Assembly (NCBI GenBank): GCA_963806225.1
Contig: CAWDXG010000004.1
Location: 3,680,001 to 3,744,000, forward strand
Source: an uncultured delta proteobacterium
GTDB lineage: Bacteria > Myxococcota_A > Polyangia > Polyangiales > Polyangiaceae
DNA length: 64,000 nt
Direction of reading: 5' to 3'
Shown piece after piece: positions 1 through 8,064 of the stretch. Numbering within the stretch: position 1 is the first letter of the stretch; the number at the start of each line of letters is the position of its first letter. The notes under the pieces are model-generated. The model worked only from the letters and a program-made list of their open reading frames with translations, was not told where the DNA came from and ran no database searches. The translations under genes and the position numbers were made by a program.

Positions 1-174
1 CGGCTGGATCTCTGTCGCGTCGATCTGCCCGTCCAGGTTCGGCACGCAGCTCAGCTTCTGGGGCGGCGGCCCGGTGTAGGCGCCGCGCGCCTTGGGATTG
101 GCTGCGCCGTCGCTACAGGCCGCGCACAGGAGCAGGGCCGCCGAGCACAGGACGAGAGTGCGAAGATCGTGCAT
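1..174 (-). CDS. Lipoprotein (3' end outside window), paralog of 2806..3828
   Basis: Manual translation from ATG at 174: MHDLRTLVLCSAALLLCAAC-SDG...SCVPNLDGQIDATEIQP. Lipobox-like Cys; the CxPNxDGxI motif is shared with the 2806..3828 protein. Confidence 0.7.
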   Translation of the reverse strand, partial: MHDLRTLVLCSAALLLCAACSDGAANPKARGAYTGPPPQKLSCVPNLDGQIDATEIQP

Positions 175-181
175 GAAGCCC

Positions 182-1783
182 TCAGAACAGGAACGTGAAG
201 CGCAGCCGCCAGATCTGCGCGGGCTGCGCCTTCTTGTGGAGCTCGGGATTGTCGAGGCCGGAGAGCGGGAACAGCGTGCCTTGCTCGAGCGCGAGCTCGA
301 AACCGTCGCTGCTCATGTAGGCGAGCGTGGGATCGACCTCGACGCCGAGCGGCCGCTTCTGCCCGGGCGGCGACTGGGCGTTGACGGCCCAGGACGCGAT
401 CACCGCCGCCCGCGCTTCCAGCGTGCCGCTGGAGACGTTGAACACGCTCAGCCGCGCGTGCGGACGCACGTACACCGCGTCCGTCACCGTGCCGATGATC
501 TCGCGGAACAGGATGCGGTCCACGTGGTAGTCGGGATGGAAGCGGAAGTTGTTGACGGTGTTGTCGTAGGGCGGGTTCGATTGCGCGCCGTCGAGATCAC
601 CCGGTTTCGGCGCCGCGGCGCCCGCCACCGGAAACGCACCGAACCCCGGCGCCGAGTCGCCGCTCGCGTAGCCCGCGTCGAGCCCCATCCCCACCGGGGC
701 ATCGGCATCGCCGAAGTCGCTCTCGAGCGCCGCGCCGAGCTGGTTGGAGGTGACCGGGCTGTTCAGGAGCGCGCCGGGGATCAGCGAAGGCTGCGCGACG
801 CGCGCGTGCAGCCACGCACCCTCCGCTTCGATTCGCACGTCGGGCGCCACCAGCCGCAGCCACAAGTCGATCGCGTCGGCATTGTAGCCGCGCACCATCA
901 CCTGCGACGAATCGATGGGCACGGGCGCAGTCGTCGCCAGGTAGGTCGCGGGGATGTCGTTCTTCTGCCAGCGGTGCGAGTAGTACGCGCCGTAGTCGAA
1001 CGTGCCGAGCCCCGCCTTGCTCCGCCGCTGGAGCGCCTTGTTGGAGTGGTAGCGCATGAAGGCGAAGGTGAGCGTGTGCACGTTGACGCTCGGCGCGAAG
1101 TCGATGCTCCGCGTGCCGGTGCGGCCCGGCACGACCGGCCCCGTCGCGGAAAAGTCGTACGCCGCCGCCAGCAGGTGCCCGAGCAACGGCGTCACGAACG
1201 CGACGCGGTCGACCGCGTCGCCGCTGTCGCAGTCGCTGCAGTCGCCGCCGTTCGTGAGCATACCGAGCCCCCATTGGCTGCCCATGCGGCCGGCAGCGAG
1301 CAGGCCGAAGGGCGTGAGCGCTTCGCCGTAGACGCGCTTGATGCGGACGGGCGTGGGCGACGCCTTTTGCGTCGTCGTGCCGGCTGGAATGCCCTCCGGC
1401 GCGCTGCCGAGCGCGACGTTGTCGAGCGAGTCGATGCGCGCCTTGACGGCCAGCCCGCCACCGGGCGCGTAGACCGCGAAGTCGGTGCGCAGCCGCATGT
1501 CGCCGCGCGTCAGCGTCTGCGCGTTGGGATCCGCCAGCGGCACCGGGTACAGAAGCTGCCCCGACGGCGTAGGCCCACGGCCCAGGTCGAGGTTCGTGAG
1601 CGCCTCGAGGCGCAGCCGGTAGTAGCCGGTGACCTTGACGATGTGCTTCGGCGCGTGGCGCAGGTCCTCGCCGTGATCCGAAAGGCCCGTCGCCTGCGCG
1701 GGCGGCGCCGCCGTCACCGCGAGCAGCAGCAGGAGTGCGGCAGTCCGCACCCTGGTCGCTGCTCTGGCAACGGCGCCCGGCAT
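182..1783 (-). CDS. TIGR04551-like myxobacterial outer-membrane beta-barrel protein
   Basis: Signal peptide, GRMGSQWGLGM, CSDCDSGDAVDR, FRFHPDYHVDRILFREIIG motifs, terminal Phe. Confidence 0.8.
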   Translation of the reverse strand: MPGAVARAATRVRTAALLLLLAVTAAPPAQATGLSDHGEDLRHAPKHIVKVTGYYRLRLEALTNLDLGRGPTPSGQLLYPVPLADPNAQTLTRGDMRLRTDFAVYAPGGGLAVKARIDSLDNVALGSAPEGIPAGTTTQKASPTPVRIKRVYGEALTPFGLLAAGRMGSQWGLGMLTNGGDCSDCDSGDAVDRVAFVTPLLGHLLAAAYDFSATGPVVPGRTGTRSIDFAPSVNVHTLTFAFMRYHSNKALQRRSKAGLGTFDYGAYYSHRWQKNDIPATYLATTAPVPIDSSQVMVRGYNADAIDLWLRLVAPDVRIEAEGAWLHARVAQPSLIPGALLNSPVTSNQLGAALESDFGDADAPVGMGLDAGYASGDSAPGFGAFPVAGAAAPKPGDLDGAQSNPPYDNTVNNFRFHPDYHVDRILFREIIGTVTDAVYVRPHARLSVFNVSSGTLEARAAVIASWAVNAQSPPGQKRPLGVEVDPTLAYMSSDGFELALEQGTLFPLSGLDNPELHKKAQPAQIWRLRFTFLF

Positions 1784-1786
1784 GGC

Positions 1787-2809
1787 TCAGGATCCACTCT
1801 CCGGGGGCTTGGCTGCTGGCGGCACCGGCTCGGTCTCCGGCGCAGCTGCGGGCGCGGGCGCGGGTGCTGGCGCCGGAGCGGGGCGCGCGGGCGTGGGTTC
1901 GGCCGAAGCGGTCGCGCTGTCGCCTATGAAGTGCACGAGATCGCGCGTCGAAGCCGACGCCGCCTCGATCATCGGGAAGTGCCCGCAGCGCGGGTACACG
2001 ATAAGCTTCGAGTCGGGCAGGTCGCGGAGCAGCCGGTTCGCAACCGAGACCGGCGCCACGCGATCGTCACGCCCCCACAGGAGCAGGACCGGCTTGTCGA
2101 TCTTCTTGTAGCTCCGCTGTACGGCGTAGAAGCGCTGCCCGCGCACCGCCGCCAGCGCCGCGGCCGTGGTGCCTGGACGGTCGAGCGCCGCCTTCACCTC
2201 GTCGACGAGCTGCTGGGTGACGTAGCGCTGATCGTAGAAGGCCGCCGACATCTTCTCGGCGGGAAGCTCTTTGTAGTACAGGCCGAACAGCACCTCGCCG
2301 AGCCCGTCCGCGCGCGCCCACTGGAAGGTGCTCGGCAGCTGCTCCTCGTACACCCAGGCGTCATACAGCGCGATCCGCGTCACCCGCTCCGGGTGGGCGA
2401 GCGCCATCGCCAGCGCGACCGAGCAGCCCCAGGAATGGGCGACCACGGCGGCGCGATCCACCTTGCGTTGGCTCAGCAGATCAAACACAAGCTTGGCCTG
2501 CGCGCGGGGCGAGTAGTCACCCGGCGGACGACCGGTCCAGCCGAATCCCTTCAGGTCCAGCGCGATCACCCGATGCTTCTTCGCGAGCACCGGGATGATG
2601 CCGTTCCAGGTGTCGAGCGACGACGCGAAGCCGTGCAGGAGCACCACAGCGGGGCCCTTGCCGACATCGACGTAGCGCACACGCACGCCGTCGACCTGGG
2701 CGAACGTCGCGTGCTTCGGCTCCCCCGACATGGCTCCGCGATGGAATGCTGGCATGCAACCTGTGACGAGCAGGACAAGAAGGACTGGAAGCCAGAGCGC
2801 ACGCTTCAT
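1787..2809 (-). CDS. Alpha/beta-fold hydrolase, lipoprotein
   Basis: Start MKRALWLP...LVTGC lipobox; HGF oxyanion motif, AHSWG nucleophile elbow, WGRDD Asp, CGHFP His; start overlaps upstream stop (ATGA). Confidence 0.88.
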   Translation of the reverse strand: MKRALWLPVLLVLLVTGCMPAFHRGAMSGEPKHATFAQVDGVRVRYVDVGKGPAVVLLHGFASSLDTWNGIIPVLAKKHRVIALDLKGFGWTGRPPGDYSPRAQAKLVFDLLSQRKVDRAAVVAHSWGCSVALAMALAHPERVTRIALYDAWVYEEQLPSTFQWARADGLGEVLFGLYYKELPAEKMSAAFYDQRYVTQQLVDEVKAALDRPGTTAAALAAVRGQRFYAVQRSYKKIDKPVLLLWGRDDRVAPVSVANRLLRDLPDSKLIVYPRCGHFPMIEAASASTRDLVHFIGDSATASAEPTPARPAPAPAPAPAPAAAPETEPVPPAAKPPESGS

Positions 2810-3828
2810 GGCGTCAGCCTCTGCACCTCGGCAGCGGTCGTGAACTCGGCGTTCGACTCGTTGTCCTTCGAGACGATCGAGGCGATCGTTCCGAAGCATT
2901 CAGTGGTGAAGAGATACGTGCGCACCGTGGTGGTCACGAGCCCCACCGTGCGCGTCAGCACGACCGCTGTCCGCAGCACCGGGAAGTCGGCAAAGGGCGT
3001 CTTCATCGTGCCCTCCGCGTCGATCTTGTAGGCGTACTTCTCGGTGTAGTTCACCGGAAGCCCCTGTGCGAAACCGGTCACGTTGGACGTGGAGTTCCAC
3101 GTCTTGCCCATCTTCAGCGGGAACGCGAGCACCGTCACCGCAGGCGAATACTTGAGCTGGGTCCGTGTCGCCCCGCTGTTCGGCGACACCACGCCCATGA
3201 GTTGGAGCGACGTGCTGTTGATCTGGAACACGCCGAGCAGGCTCTGCGTATCGGACAGCTTCGAGGCGTAGCTGGCTCCCGGATAGTTCTTCTCGTACCA
3301 GGTGCCCTTCACCGACTGCGTCGCGACCAGCGCCAGGTGATCGCCCGGCAGGCTGCCGCTCAGGTCCCACGTGAGGGTCCCCCCGGACTGCGTGCCGGCG
3401 GTGTCGACCGACACGTTCTCGGCCGCCATGAACTTCGCGCTGAGCCCCGCCATGAGCGGCACTTCCTTGCGCTCGATCACACCGTCGTGGTTCGGGCAGC
3501 ACGCGGTCGTGCAACCGCCCGCGCCCGCGCTGCCGCCGCTGCCGCCCGTGCTCGTCCCGCCCGTGCCGCCGGTTCCCGCATCGGAGGACTGGCCCGCAGC
3601 ACCGGACGCGCCGCCGCTGGCGCCGGCCGCAGCGCTGCCGCCGGCGCCGCCCGTCGCTGCCACGCAGCGTCCGGCCTGGCAGGCACCGGAGGCACAGTCC
3701 GCCCCGACGCTGCACTCGCCGGTCCCGCCGGCGGCCGCGCTGCAACCGCTGCCGCCCGCAACGAGGAGCGTGAAGGCCAGCATGGCCGCGACCGCTGTCG
3801 GTCCCGCTTGCTTGATTGGACGGCGCAT
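2806..3828 (-). CDS. Lipoprotein with Cys-rich/Gly-rich N-terminus and beta-rich C-terminal domain
   Basis: 340-aa ORF, signal peptide ending GSGC, GGTGG linkers, CCPNHDGVI motif. Confidence 0.75.
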   Translation of the reverse strand: MRRPIKQAGPTAVAAMLAFTLLVAGGSGCSAAAGGTGECSVGADCASGACQAGRCVAATGGAGGSAAAGASGGASGAAGQSSDAGTGGTGGTSTGGSGGSAGAGGCTTACCPNHDGVIERKEVPLMAGLSAKFMAAENVSVDTAGTQSGGTLTWDLSGSLPGDHLALVATQSVKGTWYEKNYPGASYASKLSDTQSLLGVFQINSTSLQLMGVVSPNSGATRTQLKYSPAVTVLAFPLKMGKTWNSTSNVTGFAQGLPVNYTEKYAYKIDAEGTMKTPFADFPVLRTAVVLTRTVGLVTTTVRTYLFTTECFGTIASIVSKDNESNAEFTTAAEVQRLTP

Positions 3829-3844
3829 CGACCCGCCTCCTTGT

Positions 3845-3972
3845 TGCGCTGCACCACGCAGCCGTGCCGACCTACCTATACCCGGACATAATGTGCGTCA
3901 AGTGCCATTTTGCGGCGCAGCATAGAACGGCCTTGCCATGGCTCGTCGCGGGGGTCATGATGCTGCATCGCA
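3845..3972. promoter_or_regulatory. Three putative PhaR boxes (TGC-N3-GCA) in the divergent intergenic region
   Basis: TGCGCTGCA 3845-3853, TGCGGCGCA 3911-3919, TGCATCGCA 3964-3972; same form as described PhaR operators. Confidence 0.65.
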
Positions 3973-3974
3973 AT

Positions 3975-4526
3975 ATGAGCACCGTGGTCGTCAAGAAGTA
4001 CAGCAACCGGCGCCTCTACGACACCGACGCCAGCAAGTACATCACGCAGGAGGAGCTGACGGGGAAGATCCGCGGCGGCTCGGACGTGCGCGTGGTGGAC
4101 GCCAAGAGCGGCGAGGATCTGACGCAGGCCATGCTGACACAGATCATCCTCGAGACGCCGGCCGCCAGGATGCTGCCCGTGCCGCTTCTGATGCAGCTCA
4201 TCCGCATGCAGGACGACGCGCTCGGCGAGTTCTTCGGCAAGTACATGACCGGAGCGCTGGAACTGTACCTGTCGGCCAAGCAGGGGGCGCAGGCCGTCGC
4301 GCCGTACTTCCCGTTCGCAACCATGCCGTTCAGCGCCGGCGACGCGCTCGCGCGCATGGTGTCGAACCGCCTGTGGGGCCAGCAGCCGCCCGCACCGCCC
4401 CCCACGCCTTCCCCCGAAGCCGAAGAACCGGTCTCGCGCGCCCAGGAAGCCGACGACATCGCCGAGCTGCGCCGCGAGCTGGCCGATCTCAAGCGCGAGA
4501 TCCGCGGCAGCAAGCGCAAACGCTGA
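3975..4526 (+). CDS. phaR: Polyhydroxyalkanoate synthesis repressor PhaR
   Basis: N-terminal VKKYSNRRLYDTDASKYIT...VVDAKSGEDLT...LTQIILE DNA-binding signature; lies next to phaC. Confidence 0.9.
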   Translation: MSTVVVKKYSNRRLYDTDASKYITQEELTGKIRGGSDVRVVDAKSGEDLTQAMLTQIILETPAARMLPVPLLMQLIRMQDDALGEFFGKYMTGALELYLSAKQGAQAVAPYFPFATMPFSAGDALARMVSNRLWGQQPPAPPPTPSPEAEEPVSRAQEADDIAELRRELADLKREIRGSKRKR

Positions 4527-4610
4527 ACCACCACCCCAGGCTTTCGCGCGCGCGCTTTCGCACGTTGACCGTCGCAGCCACGCCAGCGTCCGACACCGGG
4601 CCGGAGGGGA

Positions 4611-4652
4611 AGTCGGGTAGGCCCGGGCGTTGCCGCCCGGGCCTACCCGACT
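4611..4652. repeat. Perfect 19-bp inverted repeat (REP-like or terminator-like hairpin)
   Basis: AGTCGGGTAGGCCCGGGCG-TTGC-CGCCCGGGCCTACCCGACT; contains GTAG/CTAC; no U-tract. Confidence 0.7.
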
Positions 4653-4703
4653 GAATCCCCGAAGCGCTGCAGGTCGCGGGGCGTCGCTCGGCCGGAAAGG
4701 CAT

Positions 4704-4774
4704 TGCGCCGCACAAACAAAAATGTTGCGGTGCAACAAAATCGGCTTGACAGGGTCCCTGGCGGGACCTAGCTT
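4704..4774 (+). promoter_or_regulatory. Sigma70-type promoter preceded by two PhaR boxes, upstream of the phasin-like gene and phaC
   Basis: TGCGCCGCA 4704-4712, palindromic TGTTGCGGTGCAACA 4723-4737, TTGACA (4746-4751)-N17-TAGCTT (4769-4774). Confidence 0.7.
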
Positions 4775-4827
4775 CGCGGCGCCGCACAAGGAAACCAAAG
4801 CAAATCGTGCGGAAAGGGAGAAGGATC

Positions 4828-5094
4828 ATGTTCAATTTCGGTTTTTCGCAGCCGCAGCAATTCATGGACGCCTGGACCAAGCTGGCCAAGCAGCAGGTCG
4901 AGCGCATGGAGGCCATGACCGCCGAGCTCGCCAAGCTCGAGGGGCAGAGCATCACCCGCGCCCACGACGCCGTGGACGAGGCCGCCAAGCTCATGAAGGA
5001 GTCGATGAGCTACGCCAGCCAGCTGTCCGCCGAGTGGCGCAAGCTCGGCTTCGAGGCGATCTCCAAGAGCGCCGACGCGGTGACAGGAGCCTGA
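4828..5094 (+). CDS. Small amphipathic helical protein, phasin-like or PhaC partner subunit
   Basis: 88 aa, purine-rich RBS (GGGAGAAGGA), helical Ala/Glu/Lys-rich, between PhaR boxes and phaC. Confidence 0.7.
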   Translation: MFNFGFSQPQQFMDAWTKLAKQQVERMEAMTAELAKLEGQSITRAHDAVDEAAKLMKESMSYASQLSAEWRKLGFEAISKSADAVTGA

Positions 5095-5099
5095 TAGGG

Positions 5100-6068
5100 A
5101 TGGTCACCGCGCCCACGCCCCGCGACACGCTGTTCTGCGAGGGCACTGCAGCGCTGTACCGGTTCCGTTCCCCGGAAAAGCCCGGGGAGCGGCCGCCGGT
5201 GCTGCTCGTGCCGTCGCTCATCAACCGCTGGTACGTGCTCGACCTCAGGCCCGGAGCCAGCGTCGTCGAGGCGCTGCTCGACGCGGGGCTCGACGTCTAC
5301 TGCCTCGACTGGGGCATCCCGCACGACGAGGACCGCTATCTGGAGTGGGATAGCGTCGTCGCCCGCGTCGGGCGCATGGTGCGGCGCGTCTCGCGCGAGA
5401 CGGGAGTGTCGCGCATCGGCCTGCTCGGATACTGCATCGGCGGCACGCTCACCGCCATCCACACCGCGCTCGAGCCCGACTCCGTCGCGGCACTGGTCAA
5501 CCTCGCCGGTCCCATCGACTTCGAGCACGCGGGCTTCCTCGGCACCATGACCGATCCGCGCTGGTTCGATCCGCACGCGATCGCCGAGGCCGGCAATATC
5601 AGCGCCCAGCAGATGCAGAGCGGCTTCATCGCACTGCGTCCCACCTCGCAGATCGCCAAGTGGGTCGCCTTCTTCGAGCGGCTCGAGGATCCGCAGCGGC
5701 TCGAAGCCTTCCAGGCGCTCGAGCAGTGGGCGAGCGAGAACATCCCGTTCCCGGGCGCGGCCTACGTCCGCTACATCCGCGAACTCTACCAGCAGAACCA
5801 GCTCGTACGCGGCGAGCACCACATCGGCGGACGGCGCGTGGACCTCGGCAACATCAAATGCCCGCTGCTCACCATCGTCACTGAACGCGACGCCATCTGT
5901 CCGCCACCCGCGGCGCGCGCCCTGGGCGAGAGCTCGGGTTCGCTTGACACCTCGGTGCTGTCGATCCCCGGCGGTCACGTCGGCGCCGTGGTAGGCAAGC
6001 GCGCATCGAAGGAGCTCTACCCGAAGCTCGGCGAGTGGCTGCGCGAGAAGATCAACACAAGCGGCTGA
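5100..6068 (+). CDS. phaC: Poly(3-hydroxyalkanoate) synthase PhaC, class III/IV-size
   Basis: 322 aa; PVLLVPSLINRWYVLDLRPG, DWG, lipase-like box GYCIGG (Cys), ERDAI (Asp), GGHVG (His). Confidence 0.85.
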   Translation: MVTAPTPRDTLFCEGTAALYRFRSPEKPGERPPVLLVPSLINRWYVLDLRPGASVVEALLDAGLDVYCLDWGIPHDEDRYLEWDSVVARVGRMVRRVSRETGVSRIGLLGYCIGGTLTAIHTALEPDSVAALVNLAGPIDFEHAGFLGTMTDPRWFDPHAIAEAGNISAQQMQSGFIALRPTSQIAKWVAFFERLEDPQRLEAFQALEQWASENIPFPGAAYVRYIRELYQQNQLVRGEHHIGGRRVDLGNIKCPLLTIVTERDAICPPPAARALGESSGSLDTSVLSIPGGHVGAVVGKRASKELYPKLGEWLREKINTSG

Positions 6069-6091
6069 ACTGCCCCGAAAGAAGGCCCCCA

Positions 6092-6838
6092 ATGAAACTG
6101 GAAGATCTGAAAATCATCGTCACCGGCGGCGCACGCGGCATGGGTGCGTATTTCGCCAGGCAGCTCAGCGAGGCGGGCGCCCGCGTCGCCGCCGGCGACG
6201 TGGACGAAGCCGGCCTCGCCGAGCTCCCCGCTACCGTCGAAAAGCGGCGGCTCGACGTCTCCAACGCCGAGGACTGCGAAGCGTTCGTGAAGTGGGCCGA
6301 CGACACGCTCGGCGGCGTCAACGCGCTCGTCAACAACGCCGGCATCATCCGCGACGGTCTGCTCGTCAAGCGCGACAGGAAGACCGGCGAGATCACGACG
6401 CTGTCCACCGAGGACTGGAACGCCGTCATCGGCGTGAACCTGAGCGGCGCGACCTTCATGTCGCGCGAGCTCGTGCGACGCATGGCCGAGCGCGAGACGC
6501 GCCCGGGCGTCATCGTCAACATCTCGAGCGTGTCGCGCCACGGCAACCGCGGGCAGTCGAACTACGTCGCCGCCAAGAGCGCCCTGGCCGCCAACACGGT
6601 GACCTGGGCGCGCGAGTTCGCCAAGTTCGGCGTCCGCGTCGGCGCCATCGCTCCGGGCATGATCGAGACGCCCATGACCCAGGGCATGAACCAGAAGGCC
6701 CGCGACGCCCTGGTCGCCGCCATCCCGGTCGGGCGCATCGGCGTCCCCGAGGACATCTGGCTCGCCGTGCGCTTTGCCCTGGAGTGCGACTACTTCAACG
6801 GCCGCTGCCTGGACGTCGACGGCGGCCTGGTGATGTAG
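6092..6838 (+). CDS. SDR oxidoreductase (acetoacetyl-CoA reductase PhaB / FabG-like)
   Basis: TGGARGMG, NNAGI, YVAAK motifs; directly downstream of phaC. Confidence 0.85.
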   Translation: MKLEDLKIIVTGGARGMGAYFARQLSEAGARVAAGDVDEAGLAELPATVEKRRLDVSNAEDCEAFVKWADDTLGGVNALVNNAGIIRDGLLVKRDRKTGEITTLSTEDWNAVIGVNLSGATFMSRELVRRMAERETRPGVIVNISSVSRHGNRGQSNYVAAKSALAANTVTWAREFAKFGVRVGAIAPGMIETPMTQGMNQKARDALVAAIPVGRIGVPEDIWLAVRFALECDYFNGRCLDVDGGLVM

Positions 6839-6931
6839 GGAACCCCGCGCGGGGAGCCCGGCGCACAGTGCATCCGCGCCGCCACGACACGCCGATTTGG
6901 CGGCGCGTCGCGGCGGCGCTATGCGCTGTCC

Positions 6932-8038
6932 ATGCAGACAGGCCAGCGCGTCGTGGTGCGGGAATACGGGGAAACTCCGCTGGATGCCGTCGAGCACTAT
7001 CTCGAGCTGGTCGAGCAGCCACCGCCGGATCCGGCGGACCTCGGCTCGCACGACATCGTGGTCGACGTGAAGAGCGCGGCTGTGGGCTGGGTCGACCTCT
7101 TGATGCTGAGCGGGCAGTACCAGCACATGGTCGATCCGCCGTACACGCCGGGGCTCGAGTACGCGGGCGAGATCGTGTGGACGGGAGCAGAGGTGAGCCG
7201 CGTGGCGGTGGGGGACCGGGTGATGGCGGACGGCTTCCACGTCGGGCCGCGCTCGCTGGGCGCGTACCAGAAGTGGGGCGGCTTCGCGTCGTATGCGGTC
7301 GCGCCGGAGGACGGCGTGATCCCGCTCACGGCACGGTTGTCTTTCGATCAGGGCGCGAGCCTGCTGGGCAACTACGAGACGGCGTATCACGCGCTGATCC
7401 ATCGCGGGCGGCTGCAGAAGGGTGAGACTGTGCTGATCCACGGCGCGTCGGGCTCGACGGGCCTGGCCGCGGTGCACGTCGCCAAGCTGGTGGGCGCCAA
7501 GGTGATCGCGACGGGACGCTCGCCGGAAAAACTCGCTGTGGTGGAAGCACAAGGCGCCGACCACGTGATCCACACGGCGGACGAGAGCGGCGGCGTCCGC
7601 CGCTTCCGCGACGAGGTGAAGGCGCTGACCGGCGGGGAGGGCGTCGATGTCGTGTACGACAGCGTCGGCGGCGACATCTCGCTGGAGAGCCTGCGCTGCG
7701 TGCGCTTCGGAGCGCGCTTCGTGATCGTCGGCTGGGCCGCGACGCCGTTCGTGGCGCGCGGCAAAGGACAGCGGGGCGCGCCCAACGCCAACGTGCTGCC
7801 GACCAACCTGATCATGATGAAGTCGCTCGACGTGCTCGGCAGCCCTGCCGCCATCTCCGCCCACCGCGACCCCGCCATGCGCCAGAAGCGGCTCGCGACC
7901 ATCCTCGACTGGGCCGAGCAGGGCCGCATCACGCCGCACGTCGCCGAGGTGTTTCCGCTCTCGCGCATCAAAGACGCGATGCGCGAGAAGTGGCAGAGCC
8001 GCTTCGTCGGCACGACGGTCGTGCATCCCGGCGCGTAG
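6932..8038 (+). CDS. NADPH:quinone oxidoreductase family (MDR)
   Basis: PYTPGLEYAGEI, VLIHGASGSTG, GVDVVYDSVGG. Confidence 0.88.
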   Translation: MQTGQRVVVREYGETPLDAVEHYLELVEQPPPDPADLGSHDIVVDVKSAAVGWVDLLMLSGQYQHMVDPPYTPGLEYAGEIVWTGAEVSRVAVGDRVMADGFHVGPRSLGAYQKWGGFASYAVAPEDGVIPLTARLSFDQGASLLGNYETAYHALIHRGRLQKGETVLIHGASGSTGLAAVHVAKLVGAKVIATGRSPEKLAVVEAQGADHVIHTADESGGVRRFRDEVKALTGGEGVDVVYDSVGGDISLESLRCVRFGARFVIVGWAATPFVARGKGQRGAPNANVLPTNLIMMKSLDVLGSPAAISAHRDPAMRQKRLATILDWAEQGRITPHVAEVFPLSRIKDAMREKWQSRFVGTTVVHPGA

Positions 8039-8064
8039 CGGGGATCCGCGCACCAGCAGGCCGA

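Noticed and set aside
92..3031. 979-aa plus-strand ORF and the many other long Arg/Ala/Pro-rich overlapping ORFs (e.g. 17774..19693, 21419..24415, 44057..46576)
   Set aside because: Antisense or off-frame shadows of recognisable genes, expected at this GC content
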